A stretch of 42,268 nt of DNA from Basidiobolus meristosporus CBS 931.73 (Eukaryota > Fungi > Basidiobolomycota): contig MCFE01000719.1 in NCBI GenBank assembly GCA_002104905.1, positions 1 through 42,268 on the forward strand, in the 5' to 3' direction. Under the pieces are notes generated by a model. It was not told the DNA's origin. It ran no database searches and saw only the letters and a program-made list of their open reading frames with translations. Made by a program: the position numbers and the translations under genes. Shown here piece by piece: positions 11,370-23,750 of the stretch (its first letter is position 1; every line of letters starts with the position of its first letter).

Positions 11370-14300
11370 TGTTGTAAGAGTCTTGGAGATATTGGAAGTG
11401 ATTGGAAGGACAAGTAGATTAAATGGTTTTCACTTAATGATTTATTGAATGTAAAAGTAGAATTTATACTTTGACATGATCTTGGCACTACAAGCATCTA
11501 GAATAGGTTAAGGAAATTCCTAAGAACATGTGTGCAAAGTTTGGGGCTGTTTGAACAACTTTGAATATTTTCATGTTCTGGGTACCTCTTATTTTGGTGA
11601 AAGTATTCTAAGTAAATCCCAACAAGGAGTTTGGTCAGTATGCTCTAGGATTTGAAGGCAATGATCTAAGTGACTAAGTTGGGTGAATATATAGGTGGAA
11701 TTGCAAATTTTTACAACATTTGCACTCAACTAAATGCTCATACTGACTAGTCCTAATTTTGACTTAAGATATTCAAACTTGTCTCTAGCTAATAGTTTTG
11801 AAATATATCTGCAATCAATTCATCTGAATGACAGTAATCTAAGCTAACTAAATTATTCTCTATAGCTTCACATATGAAATGATGTCTAATATTTATGTGC
11901 TTAGTTCTAGCATGAAAAGTTGGATTTCTACTCCATTGTATACATCTTTGACAGTCATGAAATACAGCTATAGGCATTTTTTGACATAGGCCCAAGTCTG
12001 TAAAAGCTTTCTTAGCCACATTGCTTCTTTTGTAGCTTGACAGGCAGCCATATACTCTGCCTCTGTGGTAGAAAGTGCTACAGTTGGTTGCTTTCTTGAA
12101 TTCCATGAAATTCCTCCTTTACAGAGAAGAAAAATGTATCCTGTGGTGGGTCTTCTGTCTTCCAATGTTTGTCCCAAATTGGCAACAGAGTATCCCACAG
12201 GATCCTGGTCTGAATTCTTATAAGTGTATCTTAACCAGATTTCAACAGTTCTTTTAGGTATCTAAAAATCCACTAAACTGCTGCAAAATGATCAGTTCCA
12301 TAGTTCTGATTATGTTGGCCAACAACTCCAACTGAATATGAGATATCTGCACATGTGCCAAGCATGATTTACATCAGACTGTCAACCATAAATTGATAAG
12401 GAAAGTCAGCACTTTCAGATGGCACCAAGCACTCTTAATTTGGTGGAGTTTTGACCAAGTTAAAGTTTGTCTTGATTGGGGTAGCTGTCAGTTTACAGTC
12501 TTCCATTTTGTACTTCTTTAGTATATCTTGAATATACTTGGATTGGCTTAGGGTATTAGTCTGGGTACTTCTGTTTATGGAGAACTTAATCCCAACATAA
12601 TAACTGAGTACTCCTAGATTGGACATCTTGAACTCCTTGGATAGGCTGATTTAAGTCTCTTCCGATGTTACTAGATTAATGGCAGCTATAATAAGATCAT
12701 CCACATATAGAGCTAATAGAACTGGATTTGCTCTATCTGGCTTATAGTGAGTACTATAGTCAGCATTACTCCTTTTGAAACTCAGCAAATCCAATAAGAA
12801 TATATCTTGCAATTCCAGGCTCTTGGTGATTGTTTGAGACCATATAGAGATTTTTTAAGCTTGCAGACCAAAGGGGGGTTACCTTGGTCTATAAACCCAT
12901 CAGGCTGGTCCATATACACATCCTCATCAAGTTCTCCATTCAAAAATGCAGCTTTTACATCCATTTGATGAATAAAAAACTTATATTTGGCTGCAAAAGC
13001 CAATACCAATCTGATGGAATTAAACGTGGCTACTGGTGCAAAGGTCTCATTATAGTCAGGTCCTTTTGCCTGAGAGTATCCTTTGGCCACAAGTCTTGCT
13101 TTGTATCTTTCCACAAGCCATGAGCCTTGTATTTTGTCTTATAGACCCATCTGCATCCTACTGACTTTTGACTGATTGGTAATTTGACCAAGTCACAGGT
13201 TTGATTTTCCATCAGGGCCTGATACTCCTCAGTCATTGCAGATCTCCAAAACTTTGTCTGAGGGCTATTTAGGGCCTCTTTTACATTCTGGGGCTCATCA
13301 ATATGGACTGAACAGGCATAGGCTAAGTTTGTACCCTCATTGATATAGTAATTTGGGCTATTTCTTGTCTAGTTGAATCTTGCGGCATTTGATACTGGAA
13401 TGAGCACTTCTGGGATGTTCCTGGTCACTGATTCAGATGGCACCACAATTGTAGAGTCCTCTGGGGTGAACAAGTTCTCATTGTTTTGCTCTGATTCAAT
13501 CCTGACTATTAATGGACTTAAGATCAAATTTTCGTCATAATATGATGTCATTTATTGTGCAAATTCTGAATTTCCATCAAGCCATACATCCCTGGACATG
13601 ATCAGCTTCTTTGCTTTGATATTGGACAGTCTGTGTGCCTTACTCTCATTGCAGTAGCCCAAAAATATGCATTTTACACTTATTGGCTTAAATTTTGACT
13701 GCTCTCCAGGCAGTTTCTTGGCATATGCTGTACACCCAAGTATTTGTAGATGTTCTGCACTTGGTCTGTGCCCATACCATGCTTCAAGGGAGTAGAACCA
13801 CAAAGTATTCTGTTGTAACTCCTATCTTTAAGGCATACAGCAGTGGCAACTGATTCCGCCCAAAAATCATAGGATCATTTTTGATCATGGATCATAGATC
13901 TTGCCATATCATTTATTGATCTGTTAGCACATTCTGCTACTCCATTTTGCTGTGGGGAGTATGATACAGTAGTCTCTTGCTTTATCCCATGAATTTTGCA
14001 GAAGTGGATGAAGAGTTCTGAGGTATATTCTCCACCATTGTAAGAGTTTACTTTCTTGATTTTTTCACCAGTTTCTCTCTCCACCATGGCTTTAAACTCC
14101 CTGAGCTTAGACAGAGCTTCTTCCTTTCTCTCCATAAAGTAAGCCCACATGTATCTTGTATAATAATCAATAAAAGTAATTAACCACTTCATCCCACCTA
14201 AGGATAAATTTTGCATAGGTCCTCACAGATCTGAGTGAATTTGATCTAATTCTTTCTTAGTTTTGATTAACCCAGAGCTCTTGAATGGTTGCCTGGCTTG

Positions 14301-16045
14301 TTTACTATATATGCAGGCTTCACAGTGCTCCAAATTAGCTGGGGGATCAATTTTTACTCCAGAAATTAGCTGATCTTTGATCATTTTGCACAAATAATCA
14401 AAATTGATTTGTCCATATCTCCTGTGCCAAAGCATTGGTATTTATTCATTCAAGTTACTTATGTGGGCTTTCAAATGTGATTGAATATAAGTCAGCTTGT
14501 ATAGACTCTGATCTCTAATACCCAAAGCAATATGGGCACCATTTTGATCAGTGATCCTGCATCCAGAATTGTCAAGGCTGAAACTGAGTCCTTGTGCAGT
14601 GGCCTTGCTTACAGATAGTAGGTTCTTGGCTATTTCTGGTACATAGAGTACTTCTTTAAAGGTCACTGTATGGTTTCCTTCACTGCTTCTAAGGTTTACT
14701 TGGATAGTTCCTTCTCCCACTGCATCAAGTGCTCAATTGTCACCCATGAAAACCTTCTTAACTGAATTTCTTGATATTGAGTAAAAAGTTCTTTTTGGTG
14801 CGTAAAGTGTTGAGATGCCCCAGAGTCAATGTACCACATCTGAGGATACTTGTTTGTGGTCATATTTAGTGCAGATATGAATAGTTTATCTTCAGCTGTT
14901 GTAGCACTTGCTTATACAGGCTTCTTTTGCTGATTATCTCTCTTTTTGAGATACCGGTCTGATGTATGTTCTCTCCTTTTGCAGTAGTTGCAAAACAGGT
15001 TGCTATTGCCTTTTTAAGGTCTTGAGTACCTCCTTTGTTGGTTAGCAATGCTTGTTAAAGCAACTTCTTCTTCCTTCTAATTAGCACTTGATTTTCTTAA
15101 TTCTTCATCCAGGAGCCTTCCATATATGTAATTTAATGTCAAATCTTCAGTTCTGGACTCTAGGGCTGATACAAGGCCCTGAAACCTGTGTGTCAGGCTA
15201 TTCAGGATGGTTACTATCACATCCTCATCAGTAGTTGGAAGTCCTGCAGATTCCATCTTATCTACCAGCAGGGTAATTCTGTTAATTAGATTTTTCATTT
15301 CTTCTCCTGGCTGCATCTTTGAAGTAAGAAGTCTTTGCCTCAGATACATTTTCTTAGCAGCTGAACATGACTGGTAGGTGTCTTCTAATGACTTCCAGGC
15401 ATTATTTGTTGTTTTTGCTCTTGAGCATTGAATTAGCAATTTGTCCTTGACATTACGGCAAATGCAGTTAAAGGCACTTTGTTCTTTCTTCTGGTACTGT
15501 AAGGCTTCCTCTCCATGTTTTTAGGAGGGCATTCTTCTCCCATGAGAATATCCCAAAGGCCTCTTTCTTGTAGCAGCATCTTCATCTTTGCCTTCAACAC
15601 TTGGTAGTTAGATCCATCCAACTTTTCAGCAGAGGGAAAAATTCCAGTAATAGCAGTAGTAGATATTGTAGAGAGTGACAGCTTGGGGCTCATAATCTGT
15701 TGTAAGAGTCTTGGAGATATTGGAAGTGTTTTGGATGACAAGTAGATTATGTGGTTTTCACTCAATGATGTATTGAATGTAAAAGTAGTATTTATACCTT
15801 TACACAATCTTGGCATTAAAATATGTAGAATAGGCTAAGGAATATCCCATGAACATGTGTGCAAAGTTTGGGGGCTTTTGGACAACTTTGAGAATTCTCA
15901 TGTTCTAGGTACCTGGTATTTTGGTGAAAATTTTCTAAGTAAATCCTAACAAGGAACTTGGTCAGTATTCTCTAGGATTTCCAGGTAATGATCTAAGTGA
16001 CTATGTTAGGTGAATATTTTGGTGGAATCACAATTTTTTACAACA
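11370..16045 (-). mobile_element. Full-length degenerate Ty1/copia retrotransposon (4676 bp) with TSD GGTAC
   Basis: LTRs 16045-15698 and 11718-11370 (~85% identical by eye). PBS 15697-15686. Domain order gag (KLDGSNY..KMKMLL), Zn knuckle, protease (WYIDSGAS), GAG-pre-integrase (LWHRR.G), integrase, RT (YVDDL), RNase H. GGTAC at 11365-11369 and 16046-16050. The flanks rejoin into an older copia RNase H sequence. Confidence 0.96.
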
Positions 16046-16194
16046 GGTACTGCAGTTATTCTCTATGGCTACCCATATGAAATGATGTCTAATATATATA
16101 TATATATGCACAGTTCTAGCTTGAAAAGCTGGATATCTATCTGATAGTATGTATTCTTGATTATCTGAGAGTACTGTAGTATGGGTCATTGAAT

Positions 16195-16398
16195 TTTACA
16201 ACAGAAATTACAAAATATGCAGCATTGAAAACCTATCAGCATTTATCTGAGACTAATCAATTGGTACTCTGATCAAGTCCTAAGCATGTTTTTCTGCAGC
16301 TGCTACAGGTCTCCAGACCTTTTTCTAGGGGCTAATTTAGGCCTATTTTGCTGTCCCAGATGCATTGTTGTTGACTAGATAGATCTAGGCCAAGCTTA
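16195..16398 (-). repeat. Old copia-lineage fragment (integrase-RT linker), shared with 23332-23530
   Basis: Direct-repeat similarity to 23332-23530 and weaker similarity to 13180-13330. Confidence 0.6.
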
Positions 16399-16775
16399 TG
16401 TTGTAAGAGTCTTGATGATTTTGGAAGTGATTGGGAGGACATGGAGATTTGTGGTTTTCACTTAATGATTTATTCAATGTAAAAGTAGTACTTATAGTTT
16501 TACATTGCCTTGGCATAACAATAATGTAGAGTATGTGCTGGAAGGTCTCAAGTGTTACAATATTCAGAGGTATATTGGAAGTGATGTGGTGAACTACAGG
16601 ACTTCCATATTCTTCACTTGAATATTTATTAATCAAAAGTATGGTGTTTGCAACTTTGATAACAATAGACAAATAACTGTGTAGAGACTACTGAGGAAGG
16701 CCCCAGGAATATGTGTGCAAAACTTGGTGTCTTTTGGACAATTTTGAGAAAGATCACAGTAAAGGTACCTTACAA
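16399..16775 (-). repeat. Nested LTR fragments: family-2 piece (16399-16552) abutting a family-1 piece (16553-~16775)
   Basis: TGTTGTAAGAGTCTTG start at 16399, with an abrupt switch to family-1 sequence TGTTACAATATTC at 16553. Confidence 0.75.
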
Positions 16776-16958
16776 TTATTATAAAATCTGGCAATACAAC
16801 CTAAATATTCACCAAGCTCAGTCACTTAGATCAGTACCTACAAATCTTAGAGAGCACTGACCAAGTTCCTTGCTGGGATCTATCTAGAATATTTTATCAA
16901 AATATCAGGTATGCAGAACATAAAAATTCTCAAGTTGTCCAAATAGCCCCAAACTTTG

Positions 16959-17307
16959 TGTTGTTATTATTAAGTTGTCACCAAAATATTCATGCTAACT
17001 TAATCACATAAATCTTATTCTTTGATTAGCATTATGTCCTGACCAAACTCCTTGTTTGGATCTACTTAGAATATTTTCACTAAAATATCAGGTACCCAGA
17101 TTACAATATTTCTCAAAGTTGTCCAAAAGCCCCCAAACTTTGCACACATATTCTTGGGACCTTTCTCACCAAGCTCTACATATTTGTTTGCTCTACTTTA
17201 TTGAAAGTATAAATACCGTACTTTTGAACAATAAATATACATGTGAATAACATGTAAATCATCTAGTTCTCTCAATCACTGCCAATACTTCTCATAATAT
17301 TGCAAGA
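16959..17307 (+). mobile_element. Solo LTR, family 1, inserted into a family-2 LTR, TSD CTTTG
   Basis: 349 bp, flanked by CTTTG at 16954-16958 and 17308-17312. The host LTR resumes seamlessly. Confidence 0.92.
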
Positions 17308-18496
17308 CTTTGCACACATGTTTTTGGGACCTTCCTAAACATATTCTGTGTGTTTACTATGCCAAGACCATGCTTAACTATATAACCTACTTTTACGTTC
17401 AATAAACTATTGTGTGAAAACCACATAATCTCTTTTTCCTCCCAATCACTTCTGGTATCTTCAAGACTCTTACAATGTGTTATGAGCCACAAGCTGTCAC
17501 TCTCTGCAATATCCAATACTGCTATTGCTAAAATCTTTCTCTCTGCTGAATAGTTGTATGGATCTAGCTACCAAGTGTTCAAGGTAAAGAGGAAGATGCT
17601 GCCACATGAATATGGCTAGTGGGATATTGCTATGGGAGAAGAATGCCCTACAAAAAATGTAGGAGAAAAGGCCTTATGGACCAGAAGAAAGATTACAGTG
17701 CCATTAACTGCATTTGCCTTGGTGCTAAAGATAAATTGCTAATTCAATGCTTAAGATCAAAAATGGCAGAGAATGCCTGGAAGGCATTGAAAGATACACA
17801 CCAGTCATGTTCATCTGCTAAGAAAATGTGCCTTAGAAGAAGATTCCTGACTACATAGGTGCATCCATGAGAAGAAATGGAAAATCCAATCAGCAGTATT
17901 ACCCTGCTGGTTGATGAGATGGAATATGTTAGCATACCAACTACTGATGAGGATATAATAGTTACTACACTGAAGAGCCAGACAGACAAGCTCCAGGGCC
18001 TTGTATCAGCTGTAGAGTCCAGAACTGAAGTTTTGGCCTTAAGTTTTGTATATGGAAGGCTCCTGGATGAAGAATTAAGAAAATCAAGTGCAAGCCAGAG
18101 GGAAGAAGAAAATGCTTAAATTAACAATGATAACCAACTAAGAAGGTATCAAAGACCTTTTAAAGGTAATAGTAACATGATTTGCCACTAATGCAAAAGG
18201 AAAGGAAACACATCAAACCAGTGCCTCAGAAAGAGAGATAGCAAAAAAAGCCTGAATATGGACATATTGCAACAACTGAAGATAGGCTATTCATATCTGC
18301 TCTATAAATGACCACAAACAAGAGTTCTCAGATGTGGTATATTGACTCTGGAGCATCTCAACACTTTACACACCAAAAAGAAATTCTAATTAAGAAAGTT
18401 TCATGGATGACAATAGAACACTTGATGCAGTGGGAGAAGGAACTATCCAACCAAACCTTAGAAGCAGTCAAGGAAGCCACACACCTATCTTCAAAG

Positions 18497-18781
18497 TGTT
18501 GTAAAAATTTGTATTTCCACCTAAATATTCACCTAACTTAGTCACTTAGATCATTACCTTCAAATCCTAGAGAATACTGACCAAATTCCTTGTCGGGATT
18601 TACTTAGAATATTTTCACCAAAATACCAGGTACCCAGAACATGAAAATTCTCAAAGTTGTCCAAACAGCCCCAAACTTTGCACACATGTTCTTGGGACCT
18701 TCCTTAACCTATTCTACGTGTTTGTAATGCCAAGACCAGGTAAAAGTATATACTTCCAATATCTCCAAGACTCTTACAACA
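18497..18781 (+). mobile_element. Solo LTR, family 2 (internal ~60-bp deletion), TSD CAAAG
   Basis: TGTTG...CAACA flanked by CAAAG at 18492-18496 and 18782-18786, inside the protease-integrase region of the host copia. Confidence 0.92.
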
Positions 18782-19074
18782 CAAAGAAGTACTCTATGGA
18801 TCAGAAATAGCCAAGAACCCATTATCTACAAGCAAGGCCACCACAGAAGGACTCAGCTTCAGCTGAATAATTCTTGATGCAGGATTACTGACCATAATGG
18901 CGCCCCTATTGCTTTGGGCATCAGAGATCAGAATCTACACAAGCTGGATTGTAGTCCATCATATCTGGATGTTGATTTTTGAAACTCAAGTGGAAAACAC
19001 CAATGCTTTGGTATAGGAGATGTGGACACATAAGTTTTGATTATTTGTGCAATTGATCAAAGATCTGCCAAGGG

Positions 19075-19325
19075 TGGAATTTCCTTTGAATATTTTCATC
19101 AAAATATCAGGTACCAAAAATGTTAAAATTCTTGAAGTTGTCCTAACAGCCTCAAATTTTACATACATGCACTTGGGGCCTTCATAAACCTATTCTAAAT
19201 GCTTTTTATGCCAAGACCATGTAAAAGTAGAGTACTACCTTTACTCTCATTAAATCATTAAGTGAAATCCACACAATCTACTTGTTCTCCCATATACTCT
19301 GAATATTTCCAAGACTCTTACAACA
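19075..19325 (+). repeat. 5'-truncated family-2 LTR inside the host integrase region
   Basis: Matches the 3' two-thirds of the LTR and ends CCAAGACTCTTACAACA. Confidence 0.85.
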
Positions 19326-22300
19326 ATGGAAGATCTATGATGCATGATCAAGGATTATCCTATGGTTTTTGAGTAGAACCAGTTGCAACAGCTATATAGC
19401 TTCACAATAGGAGCTATAGCAGAATACTGTGTGATTCTACTCCATTTGAGGCATGGAATGAATACAGACCAAGTGCAGAATATTGGAGAATACTTAAGTG
19501 TACTGCATATGCCCAGAAACTGCCCAGAAACCAGTCAAAATATGAGTAAAAAGGTGTACAATGCATATTTCTGGGCTAATACAATGAGGTTAAGGCAAAC
19601 AGACTCTTCAGTACAAAAGCAAAGGACCTCATCAAGTCCAGGGATGTTTTAAGAAGAAAATTCAAGATCTTTTCAAAAAGTGATGTCAGATGACAAAGAA
19701 TTCTGGATTGAATTTCACAAATTTTCAAGATTGAAACAGAGTAAAACAGTGATATTTTTCACTCCAGAGGACTGTTCAATGATGGCTCAGCCTGAATCAG
19801 TGCACAGGAATATCCCAGAAGTGAGCATTCTGGTGTTACAAGGCAGGAGATCCAGCCAGACCAGAGACAGCATATATTGCTATATCAATGTGGGTACAAA
19901 CTTAGCCTATGCCTATACAGTCCATATTACTGATCCCCAGACTGTAAAAGAGGCTGTAAATAGCACTCAGACAAAGTTCTGGATATTTGCAATGAATATG
20001 GAGTATCAGGCCCTGATGGAAAATCACACTTGGGACTTATTCAAATTACCAATCAGTCAAATACTGATAGGATACAGGTGGGTCTTCAAGACAAAATGAA
20101 AGGCTGATGGCACAATTGAGATACATAATGCAAGAATTGTGGCCAAAAGATACTCTCAAGCAAAAGGACTTGACTATACTGCAACTTTTGCACCGGTAAC
20201 CAAGTTTAATTCCATCAGATTAATATTGGCTATTGCAGCCAAATATAAGTCCCTATACAGCATATGAATGTACAAACTGTATTTCTGAATGGGGAACCTG
20301 GTGAGGATGTGTACATGCACCAGTCTGATGGGTTTGTTGACCAAGATGGTCCCAATTTGGTCTGCAAGCTTCAAATCTCTATGTGATCTGAAACAGTACC
20401 TATAGCCTGGAATTGCACAATAGATTCCTTTGTGGAATCTTTGAGTTTCCAAAGAGGTATTGCTGACTATAGTATCTATTATAAGCCAGATAGAGCAAAT
20501 CCAGTTCTATTAGCTCTATATGTGGATGATCTTATTCTAGCTGCCAATAGTCTCAAAACATTGAAAGAGACTAAATCCAGCCTATATAAGGGGCTCAAGA
20601 TGCCCAAAATATGGAACTCAGTTACTGCTTAGGGATAAAGTTATCCATAGACAGAGGTACCAGACTAACACCTAAAGCCAATCCAAGTATATTCAAGATA
20701 AACAAAAGTAGTACCAAATGGGAGACTCTAAACTGGCAGCCACCCCTATGGAGACAAAGCTTAACTTGGTCAATACTCAACCAATTCAATAGTGCTTGGT
20801 GTCACCTGAAAGCCCTGACTTTCCTTAGAAATCTGTGGCTGACAGTCTGATGTATATGATGCATGGAACATATCCAGTTTTTTCATATATCTAGTGGAAG
20901 CTGGCAGCTTGCATAATCAGAGTTATGGATCTGCTCACATTGAAGAAGTTGAGCCAGTTTTTAGATACCCAAATGGAATTGCTGATATCTGCTGAAGGTA
21001 CATCTATAAGGATTCAGAACAAGATCTTGTGGGATACTCTGATGCTGCTTGGGGATGAAAATCAGATGGTAGAAGATTCACAGCAGGATACACCTTTCTT
21101 TACTGTAAAGAAGCAATTTCATGTAATTCAAGTGAGTAACCAAACATTGCACTTTCTACCACAGAGGCAGAGTATATGGCAGCCTGTGAAGCTACAAAAG
21201 TAACAATGTGGTTAAGAAAGCTTTTCAAAATCTTAGGCTTATGTCAAAAATGCCTATTACTTTATTTCTTGATAATCCAGGATTTATACAAATAAGTAGA
21301 AGTTCAACTCTTCAAGCTAGAAGTAAGCATATACATATTAGACATTGCTTTAAGTGTGAAGCTAGATAGTATAACATATTTAGCTTAGTTTATTGTCCTA
21401 CAGATGAAAGGATTGCAGACAAATTTACTAAGCCATTAGCAAAAGACAAACTTGAATATCTCAAGTCAAGACTAGAACTAGTCAGTATGAGCATTTAGTT
21501 GAGTAGGAGTGTTATAAAAGCTCAGAATTCCACCTAAATACTCACCTATCTTAGTCACTTAGATCATTTCCTACAAATCTTAGAGAATACTGACCAAGTT
21601 CCTTGTTGGGGTTTACCTAAAATATTTTCACCAACATATCAGGTATACAGCAAATGAAATTCTCAATGTTGTCCAAATTACCTCAAGCTTGGCACACATG
21701 CTCTTGGGATCTTTTTAAACCTATTCTATGTGCTTAGTATGCTAAGACCATGTATAAGTGTAAATATTACTTTTGCACTGAATATTTCATTTAGTGAAAA
21801 CCACATAATTGGCTAGTCCTCCCATTCACTTCCAATATCTCTAAGACTCTCACTACAAAAGCAGCAGTAAAGGACCTGGCAGCAATAAAAACCAGCAGCT
21901 TCCTTAGGAGCCTGCACAACAAGAGCTGAAAGCTCTAAACAAGTGGCAAAGAAATGTCAGGTTGCCAAAAGAGTGCCAGTAAGTGACAAGCAGCTAGAAA
22001 TGTATACACTAGTGTAGTATTCATCAAGGAGAAAATGTAGTTAAACACAATGAGGCACTCAGGCAGAGTAGTAGTGAAAGATCTGACAGTGATAAAGAAA
22101 AAGGGAAGGGAAAATGTCTACCCAAACCAGAGACAGGGAAGCATGAGAAAAAAGCTGCAGTTCCCACCAATTAATTTCATAAGCCTAGAACAGACTGAGT
22201 CCCATAATTGCTGAAAAGAACTACCAACAAGAAAACAGCTGTTTTTGCAAGAGTTGAAAGCACAGCAAGTTGAGCTACACTGCAGTGAGGTAGATGAGCT

Positions 22301-22689
22301 TGCAGAGAAAAGCAATTTGTCCACCACAGCCTCCAAATCCTTAATTGTAGACTGAATAGAGATCCCACTAACAGACAACAAAAAATATCAAGTGCTCACA
22401 AGAATATCTCAATGCCTACAGTGAAGCTTTAGGGTAATAACAAGCACAGCAAAATGTTACAGCACCTCTTCAAGAGCAGTGCTCAAGAAAACTCACCTGA
22501 ATATTGCAAGGATTTACTGCAAAAAGTGGCAAATGAGATGCCAAGCCTTGCAGTGCTGGCTAAAGACCAGGACATATGGCAACCAGTGATTGGACCATGG
22601 CATAAAGCCATGGGGTTCCTGCCAAAATCATGCAAAAAGGGCATTTTGGCAGAAATTCTTACTGAATGGTGAACTCTGATAGGGTTACT

Positions 22690-23331
22690 GATTGAGTGCC
22701 AGGTTGGGCTTAATATTTGTGTTGGGAATAGGGACTTGTGTAGGTCAGTATACATGGAAATTAAGCACTTGGTTCATTCTTCCTGTATTTCAAGGTTTTG
22801 TCTGCTATATTTTAGCAGGGCATTCTTCTGCCATAACAATATTCCAAAGTCTACTTTTCTGTAGCAGCATCTTCATCTTTGCCTTCCAGAGTTGGTTGTA
22901 AGATATATCCACATTTCAGCTAAAGTAAAAAGACCAGTAATAGCAACAGTAAACATTTCAGAGAGTACCAGCATAGTGCTTGTAGACTTTTATAGGAGCT
23001 TGGAGCTATTGCAAGTGATTGGGAGAACAAGAAGAAATGTGGTTCTCACTCAACAATTGAATGAATGTAAAAGTAGCATTTATACTTTCAAATGGTCTTG
23101 GCAAAGCAATCATGCAGAATATATTTAGAAAGGCTCCACAAGCATGTGTACAAAGTTTGGGACTTTTTGAAATCATTGCAATATTTCTTGTTCTGAACAC
23201 CCCATGTTTTGGTGAAAATATTCCAAGTAAATGCCAATATAAAATTTGGTCAGATTCTCTTAGCATTTTGACAGTGATCTGAGTGACTAAGTCAGGTGAA
23301 TAATTTGGTGCAATTACTAATTTTTACAACA
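22690..23331 (-). mobile_element. Old copia 5' remnant (5' LTR ~23331-22988 plus degenerate gag start)
   Basis: LTR homology. The downstream sequence aligns to the gag start (..YQLWKAKMKMLLQKSRLWNI..) of 15433-15693. Confidence 0.8.
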
Positions 23332-23750
23332 GAATTTACAAATCTTTTGATGTCCAAAACCTATCAGCATACAATTGAGATTGGCCAGTTAGTAATATGA
23401 TCAAGTCCCAAATCTGACTTTCCACAGCTATTACAGACCTCCAAACCTTTTCTAGGGGCTGCTTTGGGCATACTTTGCTGTCCAGAACTCATCATTGTTA
23501 ACTGGATAGGTCTAGGCCAAGTTTATAGCCATGCTGACGTGTTCATTTGTGCTATATGCATTGCAATTAACTACTTTGCCTTGTGATAATTAATGATCAC
23601 TTTGGGGATATTCCATAGTACTAACTTAGGCTCAAATACTTGGCATTGTTTTGCACTGATTTGGTCCTGGCTATTGGTGAGTTTAGGTAAGAAATCCCAA
23701 GATTCATAGAATATGATCTGAGTAATCAGGCGAGTGTTTTACTTGCCTGT
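23332..23750 (-). repeat. Very old copia internal fragment
   Basis: Diffuse similarity to the integrase-RT linker (e.g. CATTGTTTTGCACTGATTTGGTCCTGGCTATTGGTG vs 7385-7420). Confidence 0.55.

Larger units (their letters stand above)
16777..21857 (+). mobile_element. Old Ty1/copia element carrying nested LTR insertions
   Basis: Split 5' LTR (16777-16958 + 17308-17477), PBS TGTTATGAGCCA, gag, protease WYIDSGASQHF, integrase remnant, RT, RNase H, PPT GAGTAGGAG, 3' LTR 21510-21857. No TSD found, so the LTR pairing is inferred. Confidence 0.82.

Noticed and set aside
16092-16107. (TA)n microsatellite
   Set aside because: Short slippage expansion inside a dead copia RNase H fragment.
10749-18786. 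TSD similarity (CTTGG, CTTTG, CAAAG) suggesting a C-N3-G target preference
   Set aside because: Only four TSDs, and the fourth (GGTAC) does not fit. The sample is too small.
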